Shown here: one piece after another, positions 49,816 through 61,031 of the stretch | Position numbering within the stretch: position 1 is the stretch's first letter | Layout: every line of letters starts with the position of its first letter | Assembly (NCBI GenBank): GCA_034670305.1 | Contig: JAXMNT010000008.1 | Span: 27,798-91,797 of the forward strand | From: Deltaproteobacteria bacterium | GTDB taxonomy: Bacteria; Myxococcota_A; Polyangia; Polyangiales; Houyiibacteriaceae | DNA: 64,000 nucleotides | Reading direction: 5' to 3' | Notes under the pieces: model-generated | Databases searched by the model: none | Told to the model about the DNA's origin: nothing | What the model saw: only the letters and a program-made list of their open reading frames with translations | Translations under genes and position numbers: made by a program

Positions 49816-50709
49816 GTGACGCTGCCGCGCCGAGATTTCCTCCGCACCCTCGGCCTCGCGGCCGCAGCGTTCGGATGTGGGCGGCGTCGCGGTGAACCCG
49901 AGCCCAACCCCCAAGGAACCCGCGCGATGACCCGAGCCCCCGTCCTGTTCGTGGGACACGGCAGTCCCATGAACGCCATCACCGACAACCGCTGGAGCCG
50001 GGGGTTCGCATCGTTGACCGAAGCGCTGCCCACCCCGACCGCGGTGCTCGCCATCTCCGCCCACTGGTACATCGACGGCACCTGGGTGCTGGCCAGCGCG
50101 CAGCCCCGGACCATCCACGACTTCGGCGGCTTCCCGCAGGCGCTCTTCGAAGTGCAGTACCCAGCCCCCGGCACGCCGGACGTCGCCGCCCGGGTGCGCA
50201 CCTTGCTCGCAGATCACGCACCCACCCTCGACGAGACGTGGGGGCTCGACCACGGCACGTGGAGCGTGCTTCGGTGGATGTACCCGGAGGCCAACGTTCC
50301 CGTGCTGCAGCTCTCGATCGATCGACGGCTGAGCCACCCGCAACATCTCGAGATCGGTCGGGCGCTCGCACCGCTGCGCGACGAAGGCGTCTTGATCGTC
50401 GGGAGCGGCAACATCACCCACAACCTGCGCCACGCCATGGGTCAGATGCGCGCGCCGCAACCGGAACAGCCCGCGTGGGCCCGTACGTTCGATGTGGACG
50501 TCGCGCGCGCGGTGCAGCAACACGACGGCCGGGCGCTCGCCGCGGTGTGGCCCGACGGCGACCACGCGCGGCTCGCCCATCCGACGCCCGATCACTACAT
50601 CCCGCTGCTCTACGCGCAGGGTGCGAGTTCGACCGACGACGTCGTGACGTTTCCGATCGAGGGGTTCGATCTCGGGTCGCTCTCGATGCGCGCGATCCGC
50701 TGGGGCTGA
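49816..50709 (+). CDS. 4,5-DOPA dioxygenase extradiol-like (LigB/YgiD class III extradiol dioxygenase), Tat-signal
   Basis: [16 protein letters not shown] twin-arginine signal. [29 protein letters not shown]. Confidence 0.85.
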   Translation: MTLPRRDFLRTLGLAAAAFGCGRRRGEPEPNPQGTRAMTRAPVLFVGHGSPMNAITDNRWSRGFASLTEALPTPTAVLAISAHWYIDGTWVLASAQPRTIHDFGGFPQALFEVQYPAPGTPDVAARVRTLLADHAPTLDETWGLDHGTWSVLRWMYPEANVPVLQLSIDRRLSHPQHLEIGRALAPLRDEGVLIVGSGNITHNLRHAMGQMRAPQPEQPAWARTFDVDVARAVQQHDGRALAAVWPDGDHARLAHPTPDHYIPLLYAQGASSTDDVVTFPIEGFDLGSLSMRAIRWG

Positions 50710-50710
50710 C

Positions 50711-50972
50711 GGAAGCGGAAAGCGGAAGCGGAAGCGGAAGCGGTTGCGGAAGCGGAAGCGGAAGCGGTTGCGGAAGCGGAAGCGGAAGCCGAATCCGATG
50801 CCCAAGCCGAAGCCGAAGCCGAAGCCGAAGCCGAAGCCGAAGCCGATGCCGAAGCCGAAGCCGAAGCCGAATCCGAAGCTGAATCCGAATCCGAAGCCGA
50901 ATCCGAAGCCGAAGCCGAAGCCGATCCCGAAGCCGATGCCGAATCCGATCCCGAGGCCGACTCCGAAGCCGA
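50711..50972. repeat. Hexamer array (GCGGAA then GCCGAA/TCCGAA/GCCGAT) starting 1 nt after the TGA stop
   Basis: Read directly. In the dioxygenase frame it reads (A-E/D)n. Confidence 0.95.
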
Positions 50973-50998
50973 TCGCCCCGGTTCCCGAACTCTCCGGG

Positions 50999-51976
50999 CT
51001 ACTCGGTGTCCACCGGGCACTCGCCTTCGCCGTTGAGGTGGCCTTGGGTGCGGAGCTGGGTGCGGACGTAGGACCACAGATCGTCCATGGGTTCGGGGGT
51101 GGTTTCGCCGGGCAGGTTCGGGAGCGGGGGGGCGCCGCCGAGTTCGTAGCGACCGTCGAACTCCACGACGTCTTCGAGTGCGATGCGTTCGAGTTCGGCG
51201 CGCGTGACTTCGCCGTTCAGATCGAGATCCGCGTCCGCGAGCCACTGGGCCAGGCGCACGACGCCGCCCTCTTCGCCTTCGGGAAATCCGTTGAAGAAGA
51301 GGTGGTCGCCATGAATGGTCAACGACGCGAGCGCGCCCCCCTGAGTGAGCGCGACGCCCGAAGGGCCGTTCTCGGACTGGCACGGCCCATAAGCAGCGGG
51401 TGCGGAGGCGCACCACCGGAAGCTGACGGCAGGCGCCGGGAAACATCCGTCGGCGTCGGGCGTTCGGCCAGCCGGAACGTCGGCGAGCGTGGAGGGACAG
51501 CTGCGGCCATCGGCGCGGGTGATGGCACCAGAGACGAGGTAGGTGCAGTCACCGGCCACCATCTCCTCGAAGTCGACCGCGTCGAGATCGACGTTGGTCG
51601 CTTCGCGCGCGCTGCCTTGGCGGTACCGGATCTCGTACCGGCCCGCGGGGGTGTCGCCGATGCGACCGAGGGACGCGCCACTCGGCGCGATGCCCGCCAA
51701 GTCGATGGCGACCTGCCCTGGCAGCCCCGCTTGGACCGTGTCGTCGGTCGCGAGCTGCAACTCGACGTCGCCGAGCACCGCCGCGTACCGATCGAAGGTG
51801 GCCGTCCAACCGTCCTGCATGTCGTCCGGCCCAGCGCCGGCTTCGATGCCGGAGACGATCGTGTCTTCGGCTTCGATGAACACGTCGATCGAACCACTTG
51901 GGCTGGTGCACGCGAACACGCACGCGAGTGCGATGACGACGAAGGAGCGGGCAGGGTTCAAGGACAACATCTTCAT
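50999..51976 (-). CDS. Hypothetical lipoprotein with a C-terminal EF-hand-like loop
   Basis: Lipobox [12 protein letters not shown]|[18 protein letters not shown] resembles a DxDxDG Ca-binding loop. Confidence 0.7.
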   Translation of the reverse strand: MKMLSLNPARSFVVIALACVFACTSPSGSIDVFIEAEDTIVSGIEAGAGPDDMQDGWTATFDRYAAVLGDVELQLATDDTVQAGLPGQVAIDLAGIAPSGASLGRIGDTPAGRYEIRYRQGSAREATNVDLDAVDFEEMVAGDCTYLVSGAITRADGRSCPSTLADVPAGRTPDADGCFPAPAVSFRWCASAPAAYGPCQSENGPSGVALTQGGALASLTIHGDHLFFNGFPEGEEGGVVRLAQWLADADLDLNGEVTRAELERIALEDVVEFDGRYELGGAPPLPNLPGETTPEPMDDLWSYVRTQLRTQGHLNGEGECPVDTE

Positions 51977-51988
51977 GGCTTTCTGTTT

Positions 51989-52771
51989 CTAATCGTTCCA
52001 GGAGAGACGGGGCTGGGCCCGTGTGGTGAGCGCGGTCACGACCGCGCGGGTGGCTTGGCTGTCCTCGGCGAAGACCGCGGTCTCGCCAGGGGTGGTGGCG
52101 TCGAAGAGCGCGTCGAACTGCACGGTCGAGACCCACGCCCGCGGATCGATCGACACGCGCAAGGTGTCGCCGGCTTCGATGTCGTGATCGAAGAGTCGGG
52201 ACGCGCGCACCACCACCACCCCCGGGCCGGCGGGTTCGAGGATCAAGCTCGCTCGAAAAGGGAGCACCCGCTCGCCTGCGTCCGATGGCCGGCGCGCGAC
52301 GCCCTCGAGCACGACCGAACCGTCCGCCGCCGCCTCGTCCACCACGGGCTCGGTCGAGGTCAGCGGCCACCGCACACCGTAGTTCCACATCGCAGACCGC
52401 ACCGTGGTCGCGAGCGCGGAGATCTCGGCGACCTCTCGCGGCGCCGGGTCGAGTCCGTCGATCCGAACCGGTTCGAGCACCTCGGCGCGCGCTTCTTCGC
52501 ACAGGTCGCCGGCCTGTACGCCGGGGCAGAGCGTGAGCCCCCCGAACGCGAGCTCGGCGCGGTCGAGTTCGATCGTCCAGCCGTCCCGCCCGGCGAATGA
52601 TTCGCTGGCGTCGACGCCCTGCACGACCAGGCGCGCAGGCACGCGCCCCGCACCGGTGTCCACGCACCCCAACATCCACAGACACGCGGCGCACCAAAGA
52701 GCCGTGCCCAGGGCGCGGGCGCAGAGGCGCCACGAAGCGAGCCAGTGTGCTGACGGGAAACAACCGGTCAC
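51989..52771 (-). CDS. Hypothetical lipoprotein
   Basis: GTG at 52769-52771 overlaps the receptor stop (GTGA). Signal with lipobox CLWMLGC|VD. Only the C-terminal 260 codons of track ORF 51989..53686 are used. Confidence 0.6.
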   Translation of the reverse strand: MTGCFPSAHWLASWRLCARALGTALWCAACLWMLGCVDTGAGRVPARLVVQGVDASESFAGRDGWTIELDRAELAFGGLTLCPGVQAGDLCEEARAEVLEPVRIDGLDPAPREVAEISALATTVRSAMWNYGVRWPLTSTEPVVDEAAADGSVVLEGVARRPSDAGERVLPFRASLILEPAGPGVVVVRASRLFDHDIEAGDTLRVSIDPRAWVSTVQFDALFDATTPGETAVFAEDSQATRAVVTALTTRAQPRLSWND

Positions 52772-55281
52772 AGCTGCAACTCCAGCGAGAAGAGGAACGT
52801 GCGCGGTGCGCCGGCGCTCGAGTGCCGGGCTGGCAACCGCGAGCGCGGTGCGTCGGGATCCCAGTGCGACGCGAAGTTGAACTCCGTCGCTGCGTACTCG
52901 GCGCCGAAGACGTTCTGGACTTGCGCGCCGAGCTCGACCGAACGCCAGGCGATCGAGGCCGAGAGATCGAGGAGTGCGACCGGCGCCGAGAACTCCCCGT
53001 GGGGCAACGGCCGCGCCGAGAGCTGCGTGAACCCGATGCCGGCCCGGCCGCGCACCAGGTGGCGCTGCACTTTGCCGAGGTCGCCTTGGGCGGCGAGATC
53101 GAGGCGAAACAGCCACGGCGGCACGTAGGGCAGGTTCTGTCCGGCCTCGAACGCGGGCTCTGGGTCCATCGCGTCGCCGGGCGGCGGCTCCAAGAGCTCC
53201 GCATCGACGAAGGTCAGACTCGCGGCCGCGGTCAACCAGCTCGGCGTGCGCAGTTTGGCGAACAAGGTCGCGCCGAGCCGCCGGGTCGCGCCGACCCGTT
53301 CCAGCCGGCCTTCGCGCGGTTCGAAGGCGACGTCGTCCGCGAGGTGCGTGAAGAAGCCGACCGCGCGCAGTTCGAGCCACTCGTCGGCCACCAACCCCAA
53401 GCCGAGATCGGCCGAACGGACTTTGGTGAACGGGGCGCGCTCCCCGTCGTCGAGGGTGCGTGCTTGCGGGGATCGAAACCCTTCGCCGTAGGACGCAAAG
53501 AACGAGAGCGCATCGGTGGGTCGCACCACGAGGCTCGTGCGCGGGCCGGCGGCCACGCCGAATGCGGTGCGGCGGTGTCCGACGAGGGTGGTCGGTTCTC
53601 GAAACGCAGGCACCCGGTTGCCGAGTCGATCGTCGACCTCGTAGAAGAGCACGTCCGCGCGCGCGCCGACCCGAAGCGTGAGCCACCGATCCACATCGAG
53701 GTCGAGGTCGCCATACAGACCGATGTCGGTTGCACGGATGTCCGCGTCCACCCGCTCGTCCCAGACTTCGTTCTGCGGCGCCTGGAGCAGCGATTGATCC
53801 TGCTCAATCGAATCCACCCGCGTCTGCAGGCCGACCTCGACCCGCGCATCCAGCCAGCGGGTGGGTTCGTACGCGCGGGTCCGGTGACTGGCGGATGCAC
53901 CGAGGGAGACGGTGCGGTTGCGCTGTTCGATGAGGTCCCCGCGGCCAACCCACGCGGGCTCCACCGTCGAACGTTCGACGAACCCAGTGAAGTTCTGCTG
54001 AACTCGAAACTGGTCGTACTGGCCGAAGACCGAGAACGAGGTGTTGCTCCCGTCTGCCGCTCGGTGCGTCGCACTGGCAAGCAATGCGAACCGCCCGGCC
54101 GCCGCGTTCTGGTTCTGCGCGGTCGCGAGATCGTAGCTCTCGTAGAAGCCCACCCGGCCGGCCTGTACGTCGTCGCGCCGCACCACACCGGCGAGTCCTG
54201 CACGCACCCCGTGGGCGAGACCGGTCAAGCGCACATGCCACGCCCCGGTTCGGAACCCGTGCTGCACGATCGCGGAGGCGCCGAGGCTGCCGCGGTTGTC
54301 GCCGAACCCATTGCTGCGTCGCACCTGCACCGCGCCGAAGGTCTCGTTCGAGAGGCCGCGCGGCGCGAAAATCGCGAGCTGACGGAACGCGCCGAAGGAA
54401 CCGTACGACGTGCGGGAGAGGAGCCCGCGCCGTTCGATCCCGAGCGAGAGTTCGATCGACCCAGCCACCGCGAAGTCGCCCTGCTCTGGATCGGTGACGC
54501 CTTCGGTCACCCGCATCGAACGCACGACCTCCGGAATCAGCCAACCGAGATCCGCATACCCCTGACCGTGAATGTGCGAGGGCATGTTCAGCGGCATCGA
54601 GTCCAGCCGCAGCGCGAGATCCTGACCATGCTCCGCGTCGAACCCGCGCAGCGAGATCCGGTGGCCGACCGCGTCGCCTTCGGTGCGCGTCAGAAAGAGC
54701 CCCGGCGCCGCCCGCAGGATGTCGGCTCCTTCGGAGACCGGTGTCGCGATGAGGTCCGCCCCCTCGAACTCGAACGAACCGCCGCCACGCTCCCCGTCTC
54801 GCGCCGGCACGACCTCGACCACCGCCGCCGCTCCGAAGCCCTCGAGCTCCTCCAACCCCTCGAGGTCCCACTCGGCCTGCCCAACGTCACCATCGGAAGC
54901 GGACTCGGAAGCGGAAGCGGACTCGGAAGCGGAACCGGACTCGGAAGCGGAAGCAGACTCGGACTCGGAAGCGGACTCGGAAGCGGACTCGGAAGCGGAC
55001 TCGGACTCGGAAGCGGAAGCGGAAGCGGCATCGGCGTCGGCTTCGGCGTCGGCATCGGCTTCGGCTTCGGCATCGGCTTCGGCTTCGGCGTCGGCTTCGG
55101 CTTCGGCTTCGGCTTCGGCTTCGGCTTCGGCATCGGCCTCAGAACCGACGCCCGCATCTCCGACGCCCGCATCTCCGACGCCCGCATCTCCGACGCCGGC
55201 ATCCTGCGCGCCTGCGATCGGACCCCAAGCCAGCGCTCCAACGAGCACCACGCCCCATGCAACTGTCCGCCACCGACACAC
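52768..55281 (-). CDS. TonB-dependent outer-membrane receptor with a roughly 105-aa acidic/serine repeat insert after the signal peptide
   Basis: Signal [19 protein letters not shown]|QD. Plug region [29 protein letters not shown]. Barrel ending ...[15 protein letters not shown] start. Confidence 0.85.
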   Translation of the reverse strand: MCRWRTVAWGVVLVGALAWGPIAGAQDAGVGDAGVGDAGVGDAGVGSEADAEAEAEAEAEAEADAEAEADAEAEADADAEADADAASASASESESASESASESASESESASASESGSASESASASESASDGDVGQAEWDLEGLEELEGFGAAAVVEVVPARDGERGGGSFEFEGADLIATPVSEGADILRAAPGLFLTRTEGDAVGHRISLRGFDAEHGQDLALRLDSMPLNMPSHIHGQGYADLGWLIPEVVRSMRVTEGVTDPEQGDFAVAGSIELSLGIERRGLLSRTSYGSFGAFRQLAIFAPRGLSNETFGAVQVRRSNGFGDNRGSLGASAIVQHGFRTGAWHVRLTGLAHGVRAGLAGVVRRDDVQAGRVGFYESYDLATAQNQNAAAGRFALLASATHRAADGSNTSFSVFGQYDQFRVQQNFTGFVERSTVEPAWVGRGDLIEQRNRTVSLGASASHRTRAYEPTRWLDARVEVGLQTRVDSIEQDQSLLQAPQNEVWDERVDADIRATDIGLYGDLDLDVDRWLTLRVGARADVLFYEVDDRLGNRVPAFREPTTLVGHRRTAFGVAAGPRTSLVVRPTDALSFFASYGEGFRSPQARTLDDGERAPFTKVRSADLGLGLVADEWLELRAVGFFTHLADDVAFEPREGRLERVGATRRLGATLFAKLRTPSWLTAAASLTFVDAELLEPPPGDAMDPEPAFEAGQNLPYVPPWLFRLDLAAQGDLGKVQRHLVRGRAGIGFTQLSARPLPHGEFSAPVALLDLSASIAWRSVELGAQVQNVFGAEYAATEFNFASHWDPDAPRSRLPARHSSAGAPRTFLFSLELQL
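54895..55206. repeat. Hexamer arrays (GGAAGC/GGACTC, then CGGCTT/CGGCAT/CGGCGT) plus 4 copies of a 15-mer (CGACGCCCGCATCTC) inside the receptor CDS
   Basis: The minus-strand translation is DAGVGx4, then (E/D-A)n, then (S-E/A)n. Confidence 0.95.
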
Positions 55282-55309
55282 CAGGACCCGGAACTAGCAA
55301 ACCCATCGC

Positions 55310-55370
55310 TTGTTGCAACTCAATTGCAACAACGCTTCCACGCTTCAACGATCGAACGGACGTGGAAGCG
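55310..55370. promoter_or_regulatory. Two adjacent perfect palindromes in the divergent promoter of the receptor operon
   Basis: TTGTTGCAA-ctcaa-TTGCAACAA (55310-55332), immediately followed by CGCTTCCACG-N18-CGTGGAAGCG (55333-55370). Confidence 0.65.
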
Positions 55371-55411
55371 TTCCGCAAGCGCCGTCCGCGCGTCCTGATA
55401 GGGTCCTTGCC

Positions 55412-56407
55412 GTGCGCGCGCGGCTCCTATTCCTCGTCCTGGTGCTGGGCCTCTCCGGCGCGGCCGCATTCTACTTCTTGCGACCGCTGACGCTTCGCGA
55501 AGACCCCCTTCAGAACGCGCCGAGTGGAACGAGCGCCCTGCTCTCGGTCGACGTGGCGGCGGTATGGAACAGCGCGCTGTGGCGCACGTTCGTCACCGAG
55601 CGCGGAGGCGACGCACGGTTTCGGGCGCTGCAGGAGCGCTGCGGCATCGACCCCACCGAACAGGTCGAGCGGCTCGTCGCGTTCGTGGGAGGAGACACCC
55701 CACGCAACCTCGACGCGGTCACCGTGATCGCCCAGGGCCCGTTCGACCACGACCGTCTCGGCGAGTGCATGCGCGACGTGGTCGAAGAAGGCGGCGGCAC
55801 CTTGCGCGAAGTCGAACTCGACGGGGTCCCCGCCGTGGCCGGTGGACGGGGCGACTCGCGGATCGCGTTTCTCGGAACGACCGGCGCCGTCTTCGGACAG
55901 GAGCCCGCGGTCCGTCGCGTCATCGCCACCCTTCAGGGCGAGCGCAGCGACCTGCGCACCGAACAACCGGCACTCGCCGCACTCTGGGATCACGTCGCGG
56001 AGGGAAGCGAGGTGGGCTTCGCCGCCAACCTTCCGGAGACGTGGCGCGCCGCGATCCGGCGTCGCATGTCGCGCGAGACGAGAGGCATCGCGGCCGGGCT
56101 CTTGACGGAGCTCTCCGCACTCGGCGCGGGGGCCCGTGTGAGCCGCGGGCTCGCTCTTGGGCTGGTGTTCGAGTTCGAGACCGAGGAGCGCGCCGTCGAT
56201 GCCGGCGTGCGGGTGGAAGCCGAGCGGGCCCAGCTGCTCGACCAACCACTGCTCGGTTTGAGTGCTGCCGGCGCCGCGCTGCGGCTCGTCCGCGTCGAAG
56301 CAGCCGACCGCCGTTTGACGGTCGCAGTCGACCTCGATCAACGGCGGGTCGATGGGCTGCTCGAGCTGTGGACCGAGATGCAGCAAGCTCGACGAAGCGA
56401 AGAGTGA
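55412..56407 (+). CDS. Hypothetical membrane-anchored/secreted protein
   Basis: GTG 55412 gives the N-terminal helix VRARLLFLVLVLGLSGAAAFYFL. Coding-like GC3 throughout. No recognisable domain. Confidence 0.6.
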   Translation: MRARLLFLVLVLGLSGAAAFYFLRPLTLREDPLQNAPSGTSALLSVDVAAVWNSALWRTFVTERGGDARFRALQERCGIDPTEQVERLVAFVGGDTPRNLDAVTVIAQGPFDHDRLGECMRDVVEEGGGTLREVELDGVPAVAGGRGDSRIAFLGTTGAVFGQEPAVRRVIATLQGERSDLRTEQPALAALWDHVAEGSEVGFAANLPETWRAAIRRRMSRETRGIAAGLLTELSALGAGARVSRGLALGLVFEFETEERAVDAGVRVEAERAQLLDQPLLGLSAAGAALRLVRVEAADRRLTVAVDLDQRRVDGLLELWTEMQQARRSEE

Positions 56408-56605
56408 GAGGCGCGCGGCGCGGGATACGAAGCACGAATCCTCTGTGTTTCAGGGGTGAACGTCATCCGCCCAATTGACTTGATGGGGTTTCGGTGCCGT
56501 GGGAAAATTGGCGCCTCGGCTGGCGTCCGCGTCGGGTGTCCGCTGGGGGGCGGAACCACCGGAGTTCGGTGGGGTGCCCTGCAACGTTTGATCGAGAGAG
56601 TAGCG

Positions 56606-56860
56606 ATGAGTAAGAAACTGTTCGTGGGCGGACTGGCGTGGGCGACAACAGACGAGAGTCTGCGCGAGGCGTTTGAGTCGTTCGGAGAAGTGACCGAAGC
56701 CAAGGTGATCACCGACCGGGAAACCGGTCGTTCGCGAGGGTTCGGGTTCGTGACCTTCACCGACGATGGGGCCGCCCGAGAGGCGATGGATGGGATGGAT
56801 GGAGCCAGCCTGGATGGCCGCTCCATCCGAGTGAACGAGGCCCAGGAACGCCGCCGCTGA
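56606..56860 (+). CDS. RRM-type (RNP-1/RNP-2) RNA-binding protein
   Basis: ATG verified at 56606. RNP-2 LFVGGL, RNP-1 RGFGFVTF. Confidence 0.9.
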   Translation: MSKKLFVGGLAWATTDESLREAFESFGEVTEAKVITDRETGRSRGFGFVTFTDDGAAREAMDGMDGASLDGRSIRVNEAQERRR

Positions 56861-56905
56861 ACCAACGGGCGCCAACGAACCGGATGCTGAAGAGGCATCG
56901 CACCG

Positions 56906-56940
56906 AGAGAGCCGACCCACCCGGTCGGCTCTCTTGGTTC
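56906..56940 (+). terminator. Hairpin terminator candidate after the RRM gene
   Basis: AGAGAGCCGACc-ccacc-gGTCGGCTCTCT followed by TGGTTCC (weak U-tract). Confidence 0.5.
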
Positions 56941-57127
56941 CGTCCCACGGATGGTCCCAACCATCTTCATTCGTCGAGAAGCGCGTCCGCGGTGTGTTCT
57001 CGCGCAGCCCGGATCGGAGGACTTCGGCAAACGCTTGTTCGAGCGCGGGGTCGGCGACGACCTCCGAGAGTTCTTCGACTCGGACGCGATCCTACGCGCA
57101 GCCCGGCGCGCGTGATAGACACCGGGC

Positions 57128-57822
57128 ATGCCGTGGCGTTGGATGAAGCTGCGCGACGCCAAAGTGCTCGCGCGATGTGACGATGCAGGAGAGTTGCGCG
57201 TGGACAAAGGGCGGGTGGAGATCCGCTACAGCGCCAACGACGGCAAGGCGTACCAAGCCTCCAAGGGCAACCTCAAAGCGTCGGGCGATCCAACCATCTT
57301 CGAGGACGAATTCTGCGCGGCCGCCAAGAAGGTCGGCCCGCCCAAGACGAAGTCGAAGTCGAAGTCGGCCAAAGCGTCTGGGCCCACGCCGAACAAGCCG
57401 AGCGCGGACGAAGTGCTCGTGTACTGCGACGGAGCGTGCAGCGGCAACCCAGGCCCCGCCGGCCTCGGCGTCGTGATGCTCTGGGACGACCACCGCAAAG
57501 AACTCAGTGAGTTCCTCGGACACGGCACGAACAACATCGCAGAACTCACCGCGATTCTCCGCGCCGTCGAAGGCGCCCCGCCGGGTCGCCGGATCGAGCT
57601 CTACACGGACTCCACGTACTCGATCGGCGTGCTCACCAAAGGGTGGAAGGCCAAGGCGAACAAGACGCTCATCACGGACATCAGGAACGCGTTGAAGGTC
57701 CACGGCAAGGTCGCGCTCCACCATGTGAAGGGACACGCGGGCGTGGAGTTGAACGAAGTGGCCGATGGGCTCGCCGTCGCGGCGGTCGAAGCGCGGGCCA
57801 CCGCAGGCTGGAACGAAGTCGC

Positions 57823-57826
<4 letters not shown>
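57128..57826 (+). CDS. rnhA: Ribonuclease HI with a roughly 95-aa N-terminal extension
   Basis: VLVYCDGACSGNPGPAGLGVV...TNNIAELTAILRAV...LYTDSTY...VKGHAGVELNEVADGLA carries the DEDD residues. Confidence 0.85.
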
Positions 57827-59349
<1,523 letters not shown>

Positions 59350-59407
59350 GGGCCGGGGCGAAATCGGGCGGCACGGAGGGGCGGCGATCTTGTAAACTCG
59401 CGCGCAG

Positions 59408-60955
59408 ATGCTTCGGATCGACTTTTACGTACAGCACCTCGTCCGTCACAACGCACTGGGCATCGACCTGGTGTCTGGGCAGGCGGTGAAGTTCATCTTC
59501 GACACCGGGGAGCGGCAGTCCAACAAGCCGATCGACCACGGGCAGGTGGCCCAGTTGGTCCAGGAGGCGGCGCCGCCGATGGCGCTCGAGGCGTTGCGGC
59601 TCAGTGGCAAGGCGGAGTTCTTCCACAAGTCCGAGGCCGGCATGGACGTGCAGGTCAGTCTCGAAGCACCGACGCCGGGGACGTGGGTCGTCAAGCTGCG
59701 GCCGGCCAGTGGGGGCGCGTCGATGGGACGCGCGAGTCTGCCCGAGCCGATGTCCCCCACGCCACGCGCACCCGCCGCCGCCGCAGCGGCCGTCGCCGCC
59801 GTCGCCGCTGCACCTGCAGCCCCTGCCGCAAGTGCCGCACCGCAGATCCAACTGGGCGCCGACGAACCGCGGATCAACTACTACCTCCGGCTGATGAAGC
59901 AGCTCGGCGCCTCGGACTTGCATCTGTGCAGCGAGTCGCCCCCGCTCGCGCGCATCGACGGCTCGATGAAGCCGCTCGAGGAAGGCCGCGCGCCGCTCTC
60001 TTCGGACGAACTGCGCGCACTGATCATGGAGATCACGCCGCCGAAGAACCGCCAAGAGTTCGACGACTGCATGGACACCGACTTCGCACACACCATCGAA
60101 GGCGTGTGTCGCTTCCGCGCCAACGTGTTCATGGACCGCAAAGGCGTGGGTGGCGTCTTCCGGCAGATCCCCTTCGAGCTCCTCAGTGTCCAGCAGATCG
60201 GTTTGCCGGAGAAGGTGCTCGACCTGTGCTGGTTGTCCAAGGGACTCGTGCTCGTCACAGGGCCGACCGGCTCGGGCAAGAGCACGACGCTGGCCACGCT
60301 GATCGACTTCATCAACGACAACCGAGACGATCACATCATCACGATCGAAGACCCGATCGAGTTCGTGCACACGAACAAACGTTGCCTGGTGAACCAGCGC
60401 GAGATCGGCACCCACACCAAGGGCTTCAAGGCCGCGTTGCGCGCCGCGCTGCGTGAAGACCCCGACATCGTACTCGTCGGTGAGATGCGCGACCTCGAGA
60501 CGATCGCCATCGCGATCGAGACCGCAGAGACCGGCCACCTCGTGTTCGGCACGCTGCACACCACGAGCGCGCCAAGCACCGTCGACCGGATCATCGATCA
60601 GTTCCCGCCCGACCAGCAGGAGCAGATCCGCGTGATGCTGTCCGAATCGCTGCGCGGTGTCGTCGCCCAGGTGCTCTGCAAGAAGGAAGGTGGCGGACGG
60701 GTCGCGGCGTACGAAGTCCTCGTCGCCAACAGCGCGGTCGCCAACTTGATCCGAGAGGGCAAGACCTACCAGCTCAAGAGCGTCATGCAGACGGGCAAGA
60801 AGCTCGGCATGCAAACCATGAACGACGACCTGCTCAAGCACGTGCTCGCGGGGCGCGTCTCGGCCGAAGAGGCGTACATGAAGTCGAACGACAAGTCGCT
60901 CTTCAAGACCGCGCTCGCCCACAACAACATCAGCCTCTCGATCGTCGAAGACTGA
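59408..60955 (+). CDS. PilT-family type IV pilus retraction-type ATPase with a roughly 155-aa N-terminal extension
   Basis: Walker A GPTGSGKST. Asp box DHIITIEDPIEF. Walker B DPDIVLVGEMRD. His box GHLVFGTLHT. The core starts near INYYLRLMKQLGASDLHL. Confidence 0.9.
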   Translation: MLRIDFYVQHLVRHNALGIDLVSGQAVKFIFDTGERQSNKPIDHGQVAQLVQEAAPPMALEALRLSGKAEFFHKSEAGMDVQVSLEAPTPGTWVVKLRPASGGASMGRASLPEPMSPTPRAPAAAAAAVAAVAAAPAAPAASAAPQIQLGADEPRINYYLRLMKQLGASDLHLCSESPPLARIDGSMKPLEEGRAPLSSDELRALIMEITPPKNRQEFDDCMDTDFAHTIEGVCRFRANVFMDRKGVGGVFRQIPFELLSVQQIGLPEKVLDLCWLSKGLVLVTGPTGSGKSTTLATLIDFINDNRDDHIITIEDPIEFVHTNKRCLVNQREIGTHTKGFKAALRAALREDPDIVLVGEMRDLETIAIAIETAETGHLVFGTLHTTSAPSTVDRIIDQFPPDQQEQIRVMLSESLRGVVAQVLCKKEGGGRVAAYEVLVANSAVANLIREGKTYQLKSVMQTGKKLGMQTMNDDLLKHVLAGRVSAEEAYMKSNDKSLFKTALAHNNISLSIVED

Positions 60956-61031
60956 ACGCGCCGCGCTGCCAGCGCTCTCCGACTCGGCATGAAAGGGCTG
61001 CTCGATCGATTGGCGGCTCCACCGCGCCGAA

